A DNA stretch of 64,000 bases, taken from assembly GCA_034521445.1 (NCBI GenBank), contig JAXHMM010000010.1, positions 12,949 through 76,948 of the forward strand. The letters are read 5' to 3'. The DNA is from Balneolaceae bacterium. GTDB lineage: Bacteria; Bacteroidota; Rhodothermia; Balneolales; Balneolaceae. Every line of letters starts with the position of its first letter. Position 1 is the first letter of the stretch. A program made the translations under genes and the position numbers. Under the pieces are notes generated by a model. The model saw nothing but the letters and a program-made list of their open reading frames with translations, searched no databases and had not been told where the DNA came from. Below are positions 40,152 through 50,052 of this stretch, in pieces.

Positions 40152-40963
40152 AGTACCCCATCCAAAAATGGAAGCGCTACCGCCGGCTGCGCAAGAAAAA
40201 CGGCCGCAAGCGCAAGCCCATTCCCCGTATCATCGTGCCCAGCTTTTTCACGCTGATGAACCTCTTCTGCGGCTTCCTGGCCATCATCAGCATCGCCGAG
40301 GGACGGCTCTATTTCGGAGCCTGGCTCATCGTCTTCGCCGGACTCTTCGACGCGCTGGACGGCTTCATGGCGCGCCTGTCGAATGCCACCAGCCAGTTTG
40401 GCATCGAGCTGGACTCCATCAGCGACGTAGTCTCCTTTGGAGTGGCCCCCGGATTCCTGCTTTACGCATTCGGGTTGGGCGACCTGCCGCTGGTGGGCAT
40501 CCTGCTGAGCGCCCTGCCGCCGCTGTGCGGGGCCGTGCGCCTTGCGCGCTTCAACGTGGAATCGAAGCAGCCCGACCAGCAGTTCTTCAAGGGGCTGCCC
40601 ATTCCCGCCCAGGCCCTGATGATCTCCGCCTTCTACCTTACCTTCCACAGCCGCCTTCACTGGTTCGAGGGCTTTGAGAACGGCATAAACTCCCTGCTGA
40701 TCCCCCTCATTGTCGTGCTTTCCTTTCTGATGGTGAGCACCATACCCTTCGACAAAATGCCCGGCTTCGACCGGAAGTCCATCCAGCGCTACAAGGGGCG
40801 CCTGTTTCTTTTCATCTTCTACGGCTTTCTCATCGCGGTGCTGCAGGAGATCGGGCTGATGATCGTCTTCTCCGCCTTCATCCTGAAAGGCGTGGTGCTG
40901 GGGGCTTGGATCTTCTGGCTGGAGGCCTTCGGAGAGGAGGGCGAGTTCCCTTCCGAGGGTTGA
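40148..40963 (+). CDS. pssA: CDP-diacylglycerol-serine O-phosphatidyltransferase
   Basis: 271 aa. CDP-alcohol phosphatidyltransferase motif DALDGFMARL...GIELDSISD. ATGA overlap with psd. Confidence 0.9.
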   Translation: MKYPIQKWKRYRRLRKKNGRKRKPIPRIIVPSFFTLMNLFCGFLAIISIAEGRLYFGAWLIVFAGLFDALDGFMARLSNATSQFGIELDSISDVVSFGVAPGFLLYAFGLGDLPLVGILLSALPPLCGAVRLARFNVESKQPDQQFFKGLPIPAQALMISAFYLTFHSRLHWFEGFENGINSLLIPLIVVLSFLMVSTIPFDKMPGFDRKSIQRYKGRLFLFIFYGFLIAVLQEIGLMIVFSAFILKGVVLGAWIFWLEAFGEEGEFPSEG

Positions 40964-40996
40964 TTTTAGGGGGAGGGGACCCTATCTTCGCATTCG

Positions 40997-41074
40997 ATGA
41001 ACGAAATGAGCTCCCATATTTCCGCTCCCCGTTGGTGGCACGGACACGACGTCCGCGCAGTGGGGAAGGTATGA
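40997..41074 (+). CDS. candidate trp operon leader peptide (25 aa, tandem Trp codons)
   Basis: Own translation: MNEMSSHISAPRWWHGHDVRAVGKV*. TGG TGG at 41033-41038. Lies between pssA and trpE, immediately upstream of a terminator hairpin. Confidence 0.5.
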   Translation: MNEMSSHISAPRWWHGHDVRAVGKV

Positions 41075-41101
41075 GCTGACAAGCCAGGTACCAACGAAAT
41101 C

Positions 41102-41134
41102 AACCCGCTGCAGGAAACTGGGGCGGGTTTTTTT
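41102..41134 (+). terminator. attenuator terminator upstream of trpE
   Basis: AACCCGCTGCAG (41102-41113) / CTGGGGCGGGTT (41118-41129), GAAA loop, one G-G mismatch and one G-U pair, T-run 41128-41134. Confidence 0.7.
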
Positions 41135-42637
41135 ATGCATGCAAACAGGCGCAGGGTGAACGAGAAAAACTTTATACGCGAGGCGAAAAAACACACGGCC
41201 GTGCCGGTCTACCGCCGGCTCATGGCCGACGTGCTGACGCCGGTCTCCCTCTTCCTGAAGCTGCGGGAGGGAGCCGACTACCCCTTTCTGCTGGAATCGG
41301 TGGAGGGGGGCGAGCAGATTGCGCGCTACTCCTTCCTGGGACGCAACCCCTACCAGGTGCTGCGATACGGGGAGGAGGGCGTCACCCTGCAGCGCGGCGG
41401 GCGCACCCAAAGCCTGGAGGAATCCTACTTCGAGGCCCTGCGACGGCTGACCACCCGCTACAGCGAACCGGAGGTGCCCGGCCTTCCCCGGCTGACGGGC
41501 GGGGCCGTGGGCTACTCCTCCTACGACACCGTCCGCGAGGTGGAGGACCTGGGCGACCCGCCCGGCGACGGCCTGGGACTGCCGGAGGCTATCTGGGCCT
41601 TCTATGACGAGATCTACGCCTTCGACCATGTGAAGCAGCAGGTGGTGCTCATCGTGACCGTACTGCTGGACGGCGAGGAGGAGTCCGGCGAGGAGAAGCT
41701 GCGCGACCTTCATGCGGAAGCCCAGGATCGTCTGGACCGCATGGAGTCTGACGTTCACCGCGCTGCGGGCCGGCCGGGCGACTTCGAGATCGATCCGGAC
41801 CGCCTCCGCAGCAACGTGGAGCGCGAAGACTTTGAGGCCATGGTGGAACGTGTCAAGGAGCATATCTACGAGGGCGACATCTTTCAGGTGGTGCTCTCCC
41901 AGCGCTTTGAGACCGAATTTTCGGGCGACCGCTTCATGCTCTACCGCGCCCTGCGCATGGTGAATCCTTCGCCCTATCTCTTTTTTCTGGAGTTCGGCGA
42001 CTTTGCCCTGGTGGGCTCCTCTCCCGAGGTGCTGGTGCGCGTGCAGGAGGGGGGGGCCGAGCTGCTGCCCATCGCCGGCACTCGTCCCAGGGGCGATAGC
42101 CCCGAAGAGGACCGCGCCCTGGCCGAGGAGCTGCTGGCCGACCCCAAGGAGAACGCCGAGCACGTGATGCTGGTGGATCTGGGTCGAAACGACCTCTCAC
42201 GGGTCTGCAAGCCCGGCAGCGTGCGTCCGGTGCGCAGCCGGGTCATCGAGCGCTACTCCCACGTCATGCACATCGTGTCGGACCTGCGCGGGGAGCTGCA
42301 GTCCGGACGGACGGCGGTGGATGCACTGCGCTGCTGTTTCCCGGCGGGCACGGTCAGCGGGGCGCCCAAGATCCGCGCCATGGAAATCATCGATGAGCTG
42401 GAGCCCTCCCGGCGCGGACCCTACGCCGGGGCGGTGGGCTACTTCGACTATTCGGGCAACATGGACACCTGCATCGTGATCCGCACCATGGTGGTCACCG
42501 GCGACCGCGTCTACATACAGGCGGGGGCCGGCATCGTGGCCGACAGCGACCCCGCCACTGAATTCGAGGAGACCCGCAACAAGGCGGGCGCGCTGGTGGA
42601 AGCCCTCAGCGTGGCCCTCCGTCTCACGCATCCCTGA
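41135..42637 (+). CDS. trpE: anthranilate synthase component I
   Basis: 500-aa ORF, full TrpE pattern (LLESVEGGE, chorismate-binding domain GTVSGAPK). The start may be GTG 41156 rather than ATG 41135, which abuts the terminator T-run. Confidence 0.94.
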   Translation: MHANRRRVNEKNFIREAKKHTAVPVYRRLMADVLTPVSLFLKLREGADYPFLLESVEGGEQIARYSFLGRNPYQVLRYGEEGVTLQRGGRTQSLEESYFEALRRLTTRYSEPEVPGLPRLTGGAVGYSSYDTVREVEDLGDPPGDGLGLPEAIWAFYDEIYAFDHVKQQVVLIVTVLLDGEEESGEEKLRDLHAEAQDRLDRMESDVHRAAGRPGDFEIDPDRLRSNVEREDFEAMVERVKEHIYEGDIFQVVLSQRFETEFSGDRFMLYRALRMVNPSPYLFFLEFGDFALVGSSPEVLVRVQEGGAELLPIAGTRPRGDSPEEDRALAEELLADPKENAEHVMLVDLGRNDLSRVCKPGSVRPVRSRVIERYSHVMHIVSDLRGELQSGRTAVDALRCCFPAGTVSGAPKIRAMEIIDELEPSRRGPYAGAVGYFDYSGNMDTCIVIRTMVVTGDRVYIQAGAGIVADSDPATEFEETRNKAGALVEALSVALRLTHP

Positions 42638-42671
42638 ACGCAAGAATACGAACCAAGAACCCGAGCATCCC

Positions 42672-43676
42672 ATGAAAACTATCCTGTCCGGCATAACCCC
42701 CTCCGGCAAGCTGCACCTGGGCAACTACTTCGGCGCCCTGCGCCAGCACATCGCCATGCAGGAGGAGGGCGATGCCTTCTATTTCATCGCCAACTACCAC
42801 TCCCTCACCTCGGTAAACGACGGGGAGGAGATACGACAGAATACCGTGGACATCGCCCTGGACTACCTGGCGCTGGGACTCGATCCGGAGCGCTGCACCT
42901 TTTTCTGCCAGAGCGACGTGCCCCAGCACGCCGAGCTGTCCTGGATCCTGGGTACCTTCTGCCCGGTGAGCCTGATGGAGAAGGGGGTGGCCTACAAGGA
43001 CAAGGTGGCCCAGGGACTCAATCCCAACATCGGACTGTTTACCTATCCCATCCTGCAGGCGGCCGACATTCTCATCTACGGCTCCGACCTGGTGCCTGTG
43101 GGACAGGACCAGAAGCAGAATATTGAGATCTGCCGCGATCTGGCCGGTAAGTTCAATCACAACTACGGGGGCGAATACTTTACCCTCCCCGAAGAGCACA
43201 TCCTGGAGTCGGTGGCCGTGGTGCCCGGCATAGACGGCCGCAAGATGAGCAAGTCGTACGGCAACACCATCGGCATCTTCGACGAGGGCAACACCCTTAA
43301 AAAGAAGGTGATGTCCATCGAGACCGACTCCACCCCGCTGGAGGAGCCGAAGGACCCCGATTCCTGCAATGTCTTCGCCCTCATACGCCTCTTTGCCGAT
43401 GATTCCGAGCGCGAGGAGATTGCGCGCCGGTATCGCGAGGGGGGCTACGGCTACGGGCACGCCAAGAAGGCCCTGCTGGGCATGATCGACGACTACTTCG
43501 CCGAAGCGCGTGAGGAGCGCCGCCGGCTGGCCGACAACCCCGGCTACGTGCACCGGGTGCTCCGGGAGGGCGCCGTGCGGGCCCGCGAGCGGGCCGAGGA
43601 GGTTATGGGACCCGTCCGTGAGGCGACGGGTCTCTACAAGAGCTACCGCATTGTATCGGAGGGGGAGGAAGACTGA
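42672..43676 (+). CDS. trpS: tryptophan-tRNA ligase
   Basis: 334 aa. Class I HIGH-type motif (GKLHLGNY) and KMSKS. Confidence 0.94.
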   Translation: MKTILSGITPSGKLHLGNYFGALRQHIAMQEEGDAFYFIANYHSLTSVNDGEEIRQNTVDIALDYLALGLDPERCTFFCQSDVPQHAELSWILGTFCPVSLMEKGVAYKDKVAQGLNPNIGLFTYPILQAADILIYGSDLVPVGQDQKQNIEICRDLAGKFNHNYGGEYFTLPEEHILESVAVVPGIDGRKMSKSYGNTIGIFDEGNTLKKKVMSIETDSTPLEEPKDPDSCNVFALIRLFADDSEREEIARRYREGGYGYGHAKKALLGMIDDYFAEAREERRRLADNPGYVHRVLREGAVRARERAEEVMGPVREATGLYKSYRIVSEGEED

Positions 43677-43679
43677 GCC

Positions 43680-44264
43680 ATGATCCTGATCATCGACAAT
43701 TACGACTCCTTCACCTGGAACCTGGTCCACCTGGTGGCCGGGCATACCGACGACTACCGCGTGGAGCGCAACGACGCGCTTGCCGTGGAGCAGGTGGAGG
43801 AGCTGCAGCCCGCCGGCGTGCTCATCTCCCCCGGTCCCGGACGTCCCGCCGAGGCGGGCATCACCGAAGCGCTCATCGAACGGCTGGGCGCCGCCATCCC
43901 CATCCTGGGGGTCTGCCTGGGCCACCAGGCCATCGGGGAGGTCTACGGAGCCCGTGTGGTCCACGCCCCGGCCCTCATGCACGGGAAGACCTCACAGGTT
44001 TTTCACGACGGCAAGGGGGTCTTCGAGGGACTGGAGGAGGGTTTCACGGCCACCCGCTACCACTCGCTGGTGCTCGATCCCGATTCCATTCCGGAGGTGC
44101 TGGAGGTGACCGCCCGCAGCGAGGACGAAGTGATCATGGGCGTTCGCCACCGCTCGCTGCCCGTGGAGGGCATACAGTTCCATCCCGAAAGCATTCTTAC
44201 GACTGCCGGACCCCGCCTGCTGGCCAACTGGCTGAAGGGGCTGGCCGCCGCTGAAAACGACTGA
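43680..44264 (+). CDS. trpG: anthranilate synthase component II (glutamine amidotransferase)
   Basis: 194 aa. GATase-1 triad context GVCLGHQ and HPES. Confidence 0.93.
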   Translation: MILIIDNYDSFTWNLVHLVAGHTDDYRVERNDALAVEQVEELQPAGVLISPGPGRPAEAGITEALIERLGAAIPILGVCLGHQAIGEVYGARVVHAPALMHGKTSQVFHDGKGVFEGLEEGFTATRYHSLVLDPDSIPEVLEVTARSEDEVIMGVRHRSLPVEGIQFHPESILTTAGPRLLANWLKGLAAAEND

Positions 44265-44291
44265 AGCAACCGCAACACCCAAACACGCACC

Positions 44292-45335
44292 ATGGATTTC
44301 AAAGAAATACTGGAACAGCTCGCCGACGGACAGGACCTGCAGGCCGATGAGGCCGCCGGGGCCCTCCGCGCCATCATCTCCGGGGAGATCAGCGACGCTG
44401 AAATCGCCGCATTCCTATTCGGCATGCGCGCCAAGGGGGAAACCACCCAGGAGCTCACCGCCTTCGTGCGCGTCATGCGCGAGGCCGCCGTCAAACCCGA
44501 CGTGGAGGTGGAGGGGGCGGTGGACCTCTGCGGGACGGGCGGGGATAATTCCGGCACCTTCAACATCTCCACGGCCGCCATGTTTGTGGTGGCCGGCGCC
44601 GGGGTGCCCGTGCTCAAGCACGGCAACCGCAGCGTCTCAAGCAACTGCGGCAGCGCCGACGTGCTGGAAGCCCTCGGTGCGGTACCCACCCTTCGCAGGG
44701 AGGGCGTGGAGCAGGTATTTCGCGAGACCGGCATGGCCTTCATGTTCGCCCCGCACTTCCACCCGGCCATGAAACACGTGATGCCCGCCCGGCGCGCCCT
44801 GGGCGTGCGCACCTTCTTTAATATCTTGGGTCCCCTGCTCAATCCCGCCGGCGTGCGCCGGCAGATGGTGGGGGCCTACAGCCGGGAAGTGGCCCGCCAG
44901 ATGGTGCAGATCCTGGCCAACCTCGACACCGAATTCGCCTACGGGGTGAACGCCCACGACGGACTCGACGAGGTGAGCGTCTGCGCCCAGACGGTGGTCT
45001 TCGAGCTGAACGGCAAGATGATCAACGATTCGGTCATCTTTGATCCCCGCTCCCTCGACTTCGAATGGCACGACATGGAGGAGCTGCAGGGAGGCGGCCG
45101 CGAGGTCAACGCGGGCATTATCCGCGACCTGCTCTCCGGCGACGGAGCCGCCGGACCCCGCAGCGTGGTGCTGCTCAACGCCGCCTTCGGCATCAACGCC
45201 TCCGGCATGGCCGGGGGACTGCAGGAGGCCCGGAAGATGGCGGACGACAGCCTGGCTTCGGGCGAGGCTCAGCGCGCCCTGGAACGCTTCGCCGAGGCCA
45301 CCCGCCAGGCCCGCAGCGAGGAGGAGGGAAGCTGA
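44292..45335 (+). CDS. trpD: anthranilate phosphoribosyltransferase
   Basis: 347 aa. GTGGDNSGTFNISTAA motif. Confidence 0.94.
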   Translation: MDFKEILEQLADGQDLQADEAAGALRAIISGEISDAEIAAFLFGMRAKGETTQELTAFVRVMREAAVKPDVEVEGAVDLCGTGGDNSGTFNISTAAMFVVAGAGVPVLKHGNRSVSSNCGSADVLEALGAVPTLRREGVEQVFRETGMAFMFAPHFHPAMKHVMPARRALGVRTFFNILGPLLNPAGVRRQMVGAYSREVARQMVQILANLDTEFAYGVNAHDGLDEVSVCAQTVVFELNGKMINDSVIFDPRSLDFEWHDMEELQGGGREVNAGIIRDLLSGDGAAGPRSVVLLNAAFGINASGMAGGLQEARKMADDSLASGEAQRALERFAEATRQARSEEEGS

Positions 45336-46153
45336 TGGGCACCGTCCTGGACGATATCGTCGAGCAGACGGCGCGCGACCTTGCCAAACGCCGCCGCCGC
45401 ATCTCCTTCCGCGACCTGTCCTCGCTGGAGGACTACGAGCGGGAGCGCCGCGATTTTGCCGGCGCCCTGCGGGAGGAAGGCCGCGTGTCGGTCATCGCCG
45501 AGATCAAGAAGGCCTCCCCCTCCAAAGGGGTGATCCGGCCGGACTTCGACCCGCAGGCCATCGCCCGCGCCTACCGCCGGGGAGGGGCCTCGGTCCTGTC
45601 GGTACTTACCGACGAACCCGCCTTTCAGGGGCGCCTGGAGTACCTCTCGGCGGCCAGCAGGGCGGCCCGGCTTCCCGCCCTGCGCAAGGATTTCATCATC
45701 GACCCCTACCAGGTGCGCGAGGCGCGGGCCTGGGGCGCCGACGCGGTGCTCTTTATCGTGGGCATCACCGAGGGGCGGCAGCTGGAGGAGCTGCTGCACG
45801 CGGCCGCCGAGGAGGGGCTGGCCTGCCTGGTGGAGTGCTACACCGAAGAGGAGCTGAAGCGCGTGCCCTGGGAGCTGGTTTCCGTGCTGGGCGTCAACAA
45901 CCGCGACCTGCATACCTTCGAGGTGGACCTGCACCGGGGCGTGGCCCTGCTGCAATCAGCCCCGAAGGACACGCTGCTCGTATCCGAGAGCGGACTCGGC
46001 ACGCCGGAAGACCTGAAACTGTTGCACAGGGAGGGAATACACGCCGCGCTTATCGGCGAGCATTTTATGCGTCGGGACGACCCCGGCCAGGCCGTCCGCG
46101 AGCTGCTGCGGGGTGCTTTTCCGCCGGACAGCGGCGAGGGGGAGGAGGAGTGA
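45335..46153 (+). CDS. trpC: indole-3-glycerol phosphate synthase
   Basis: ATG at 45335 (TGATG overlap with the trpD stop): MGTVLDDIVEQ...; VIAEIKKASPSKG motif. The upstream part of the track ORF is discounted. Confidence 0.92.
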   Translation: MGTVLDDIVEQTARDLAKRRRRISFRDLSSLEDYERERRDFAGALREEGRVSVIAEIKKASPSKGVIRPDFDPQAIARAYRRGGASVLSVLTDEPAFQGRLEYLSAASRAARLPALRKDFIIDPYQVREARAWGADAVLFIVGITEGRQLEELLHAAAEEGLACLVECYTEEELKRVPWELVSVLGVNNRDLHTFEVDLHRGVALLQSAPKDTLLVSESGLGTPEDLKLLHREGIHAALIGEHFMRRDDPGQAVRELLRGAFPPDSGEGEEE

Positions 46154-46190
46154 AACGAACAATTGTCCAACCGACCAAGATGGTAACACC

Positions 46191-46835
46191 GTGAACGACG
46201 AGCGAACCAAGGTCAAAATCTGCGGCATCACCAACCTGGAGGACGCTCGTTTTGCATCCGGGGCGATGGCGGACTACCTGGGATTTATTTTCTACGAGGG
46301 GAGTCCGCGTCACGTCACTCCCGCCGAGGCGGGAGCTATCCGAAACTGGATTGAGGGCGTGCCCTGCGTGGGCGTCTTCGTCAACCAGCCCATGGACGAC
46401 GTGAACATGATCGCGCGTCAGACCGGGGTGGACCTGGTGCAGCTGCACGGCACCGAATCCCCCGAATACTGCACCCTGGTCGACAAGCCGGTGATCAAGG
46501 TGATTCACGTGGAGGAGGGAGCCACCGCGGAGGAGCTGGCCGGGGAGGCCGAACGCTACCGCGAGGCCGCCGACTACCTGCTCTTCGACACCAAAATGGA
46601 GGGGCAGTGGGGTGGCACCGGCCGCACCTTCGACTGGAGCCTTCTGGAGGAGGCCAGCGGCGGACTGCCCTGGTTCCTGGCCGGGGGACTCACCCCGCAG
46701 AATGTGGCCGAGGCCGTCCGTACGGCGCGACCCGCGGCGGTGGACGTCAACAGCGGGGTGGAGGCGGAGGGGCGACCCGGGGTAAAGGACTACGACAAAA
46801 TCGACGAACTCATGAACCAGATGCGATCCCTATGA
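46191..46835 (+). CDS. trpF: phosphoribosylanthranilate isomerase
   Basis: GTG at 46191 gives [14 protein letters not shown]... Start uncertain; the track ORF from 46113 overlaps trpC. Confidence 0.85.
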   Translation: MNDERTKVKICGITNLEDARFASGAMADYLGFIFYEGSPRHVTPAEAGAIRNWIEGVPCVGVFVNQPMDDVNMIARQTGVDLVQLHGTESPEYCTLVDKPVIKVIHVEEGATAEELAGEAERYREAADYLLFDTKMEGQWGGTGRTFDWSLLEEASGGLPWFLAGGLTPQNVAEAVRTARPAAVDVNSGVEAEGRPGVKDYDKIDELMNQMRSL

Positions 46836-48028
46836 CCTACGACTTTCCCGACGCTTCCGGTTACTTCGGCCGTTTCGGGGGCTCCTTTGTGCCCGAAACG
46901 CTGGTGCCCGTGCTTGAGCAGCTCCGCACATCCTACGCCGAAGCCTGGGGTGACAAGGAGTTCCGCGCGCGATTCCGCCACCTGCTGCGCGAATACGTGG
47001 GACGTCCCACCGCCCTCACCCTGGCCGAACGGCTCACCGCACACTATGGCCGCGCCCGCATCTACCTCAAGCGCGAGGACCTCTGCCACACCGGCGCGCA
47101 CAAGATCAACAACGCTATGGGACAGGTACTGCTCGCCCTGCGCATGGGCAAGGAGCGCATCATCGCCGAGACCGGCGCCGGACAGCACGGGGTGGCCACC
47201 GCCACCGCCTGCGCCCGCTTCGGGGTGCCCTGCATCGTCTACATGGGGGAGGAGGACATGCGCCGCCAGCAGCTAAACGTGGAGCGCATGCAACTGCTGG
47301 GCGCCGAGGTGCGTCCCGTGCAGAGCGGCTCCCGTACACTGAAAGACGCTACCAACGAGGCCATCCGCGACTGGGTGACCCACCCCGGCGACACCTTCTA
47401 CGTTATCGGCTCGGTGGTGGGTCCCCATCCCTATCCCATGATGGTGCGCAATTTCCAGCGGGTGATAGGCGAGGAGACGCGCGCCCAGATCGAGGAGGCC
47501 GAGGGACGGCTGCCCGACTACATGCTGGCCTGCATAGGCGGCGGCTCCAACGCCATCGGCTTCTTCCACCCCTTCCTGGAGGAGGAAACCGTGGCCATGT
47601 ACGGCCTGGAGGCCGCCGGCGAGGGCGTGGAGACCTCCCGCACCGCCGCCACCCTCACCCGGGGCGCCCCCGGCGTGCTGCACGGTTCCATGAGCTACCT
47701 GCTGCAGAGCGGGGAGGGGCAGGTGCACCTGGCCCACTCCGTCAGCGCGGGCCTGGATTATCCGGGCATTGGACCCGAGCACAGCCATCTTTTCGACCGC
47801 GGGAGGGTGGACTACCGCGCCGTCACCGACGCGCAGGCCATGGAGGGGGTGAAGCTGCTCTCGGCCACCGAGGGCATCATCCCCGCCCTGGAGACCGCCC
47901 ACGCCGTGGCCTTCCTGGAGGAACTTATGCCGCAGACCGAAGAGGGGGAGCTGGTAGTGCTGAACTGCTCCGGACGCGGCGACAAAGACATGTCCACCAT
48001 TACCGAATGGACCGGCCGCGAGAAGTGA
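46832..48028 (+). CDS. trpB: tryptophan synthase beta chain
   Basis: ATG at 46832 (ATGA overlap with trpF): [17 protein letters not shown]; PLP-lysine motif HTGAHKINN. Confidence 0.95.
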   Translation: MTYDFPDASGYFGRFGGSFVPETLVPVLEQLRTSYAEAWGDKEFRARFRHLLREYVGRPTALTLAERLTAHYGRARIYLKREDLCHTGAHKINNAMGQVLLALRMGKERIIAETGAGQHGVATATACARFGVPCIVYMGEEDMRRQQLNVERMQLLGAEVRPVQSGSRTLKDATNEAIRDWVTHPGDTFYVIGSVVGPHPYPMMVRNFQRVIGEETRAQIEEAEGRLPDYMLACIGGGSNAIGFFHPFLEEETVAMYGLEAAGEGVETSRTAATLTRGAPGVLHGSMSYLLQSGEGQVHLAHSVSAGLDYPGIGPEHSHLFDRGRVDYRAVTDAQAMEGVKLLSATEGIIPALETAHAVAFLEELMPQTEEGELVVLNCSGRGDKDMSTITEWTGREK

Positions 48029-48079
48029 GACCGGTCCGGTCGCTTGAATTACTATGAAACTAATAGTATTGTATACACC

Positions 48080-48910
48080 ATGAGCCAGACCGCCGCAACC
48101 GACCGCATTGCACGCCTCTTCGAGCAGAAGGGAGAGGAGCCTGTCATGAGCCTCTTCCTGACGGCGGGCTTTCCCCGGCCGGAGCACACCGTGGAGCTGG
48201 TGCTCGGCCTGGAGGAGCACGGGGCCGACATGGTGGAGCTGGGCATGCCTTTCAGCGATCCGCTGGCCGACGGACCCAGCATACAGTATGCCAGCAACAC
48301 AGCCCTCGAGCAGGGCGTTACCATGGAGGACATCCTTGAGATGGTGCGTGGGATCCGCGCGCGCTCGGAAATGCCGCTGGTGCTCATGGGCTACATCAAT
48401 CCCGTGCTGCGCTACGGCGTGGAGCGGTTCTGCCGCGACGCCGCGGAGGCCGGGGCCGACGGACTCATCCTGCCCGACCTGCCCCCGGATGAGGCGGACC
48501 TGCTGGCCGGACACGCCGAGGCCCACGGGCTGCGGCTGATTTTCCTGGTGGCGCCCAATACCTCCGACGATCGCATGCGCCTGATCGACGAGCGCTCCCG
48601 GGGCTTTGTCTACTGCGTGTCGGTGACCGGCGTCACCGGCGCCCGGGAGGGGGAGGAGGTGGCCCGCTCGGTGCAGCGATTCATCGGCCGCGTGAAGGAA
48701 AACATCACCCGCAATCCCATCATGATCGGCTTCGGCATCCGCTCCCACGAAGACGCCCGCCGCGTCGCCTCCCAGGCGCGGGGTTTTATCGTGGGTAGCG
48801 CGCTGGTGGACCTTATACGCGAGCACTATCCCGAGGAGGGATGGAAGGATCGCCTCTTTGCTTTTGTTCGTTCATTGAAGTATGGTGAACCGACCGACTC
48901 CAACAACTAA
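48080..48910 (+). CDS. trpA: tryptophan synthase alpha chain
   Basis: ATG at 48080 (MSQTAATDRIARLF...). TrpA pattern (ELGMPFSDPLADGP, GFGI). Confidence 0.92.
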   Translation: MSQTAATDRIARLFEQKGEEPVMSLFLTAGFPRPEHTVELVLGLEEHGADMVELGMPFSDPLADGPSIQYASNTALEQGVTMEDILEMVRGIRARSEMPLVLMGYINPVLRYGVERFCRDAAEAGADGLILPDLPPDEADLLAGHAEAHGLRLIFLVAPNTSDDRMRLIDERSRGFVYCVSVTGVTGAREGEEVARSVQRFIGRVKENITRNPIMIGFGIRSHEDARRVASQARGFIVGSALVDLIREHYPEEGWKDRLFAFVRSLKYGEPTDSNN

Positions 48911-48929
48911 CCCTGAAGACGTTCAAGCT

Positions 48930-50051
48930 ATGAAATTCTACGCATCCGGTCTGATTACCCTCATCTTCGCCGCCCTGCTTATGGGATGCGGGGGCGACTA
49001 CCGGCAGGAGGCCGTAGGCGGCTTCGGCGAAGCCGTGGTGGTGATGGACTCCACCCAGTGGCAGGGCAGCGCCACGGCCGAGGCTGTGCGCCAGACCTAC
49101 GGTCAGGTGATCCGTACCTTGCCCACCTATGAATCGGCCTACGATCTGCGCTGGGAGAATTTTAACTCCCAGCAGGAGCTTGACAACCTGAAGCGGAACA
49201 AGAATCTCATTATCGCCGCCCCCCTCGAGGGGGAGGGAAACACGGCCGAGTGGATACGCAGCCTCCTCGGCGAGGAGGTGAAGAAGCGGGTGCGCAGCGG
49301 GGAGTCCTTCGCCTTTCCCTTTGAGAATCAGTGGTATCGCAATCAGTGGGCCATTGTGCTCACCTCCACCAGCGATTCCGCGCTCGCCGCCAGGATCAAC
49401 GACTCCCGCGACGCTCTCGTTGAACGGCTGACCGACAAGGAGCTGCGGCGTTGGACCGAGGAGATCTACGACCGGGGCGAGAAGACCGATATCGAGGACA
49501 GCCTCATGACCAACCACGGCTGGATGATCCGCGTACAGCACGACTGGTACAAGAATCTGGATACGACGTGGACCGAAAACGGGCAGACGCAGCACATCGT
49601 AACCATGCGGCGCGAGCTGCCCGAAAACAGCCGCTGGTTCTGGGCCTGGTGGCGCGAGGATGTGTCTCCCGCCATGGTGGACAGCATCGACCAGACGTGG
49701 ATCAACACCCGGCGCGATTCGCTCATGCGCGACTGGGTCCGCGGCACCCGGCCGGACTCCTACGTCACCACCGAGTACCGCCGCGACGTGGTTACCGAGC
49801 GCCTGGAGCTGAACGGCAACCCGGCCTGGGAGACCCAAGGCGTCTGGCGCATGACGGGCGACGCCATGGGCGGGCCCTTCCGCACCATGACGGTCTACGA
49901 CGCCGACTCCGAACGCCTTTTCATCCTGGAGTTCGGTCAGTTCGCCCCCAAGTACAACAAGCGCCACTTCGTCCGGCAGTTCCGCGCCATGCTGCGCACC
50001 TTCCGCACCGACTCTACCTGGAACCGCAACACGCCCATGGCCGCCAACTAA
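48930..50051 (+). CDS. DUF4837-like lipoprotein
   Basis: ATG at 48930: MKFYASGLITLIFAALLMGCGG (lipobox LMGC). The rest resembles the Bacteroidota DUF4837 family by pattern. Confidence 0.65.
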   Translation: MKFYASGLITLIFAALLMGCGGDYRQEAVGGFGEAVVVMDSTQWQGSATAEAVRQTYGQVIRTLPTYESAYDLRWENFNSQQELDNLKRNKNLIIAAPLEGEGNTAEWIRSLLGEEVKKRVRSGESFAFPFENQWYRNQWAIVLTSTSDSALAARINDSRDALVERLTDKELRRWTEEIYDRGEKTDIEDSLMTNHGWMIRVQHDWYKNLDTTWTENGQTQHIVTMRRELPENSRWFWAWWREDVSPAMVDSIDQTWINTRRDSLMRDWVRGTRPDSYVTTEYRRDVVTERLELNGNPAWETQGVWRMTGDAMGGPFRTMTVYDADSERLFILEFGQFAPKYNKRHFVRQFRAMLRTFRTDSTWNRNTPMAAN

Positions 50052-50052
50052 G

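Noticed and set aside
42624-43982. 452-aa ORF on the minus strand; similar long ORFs at 47273-48826 and 48813-50204
   Set aside because: Antisense to trpS/trpG, trpB/trpA and the DUF4837 gene respectively. The sense-strand genes have strong signatures.
48029-48079. 51-nt AT-rich gap with GACCGGTCCGGTC dyad between trpB and trpA
   Set aside because: The dyad arms are separated by a single nucleotide, so no RNA hairpin can form. It is probably just a spacer carrying the trpA translation initiation region.
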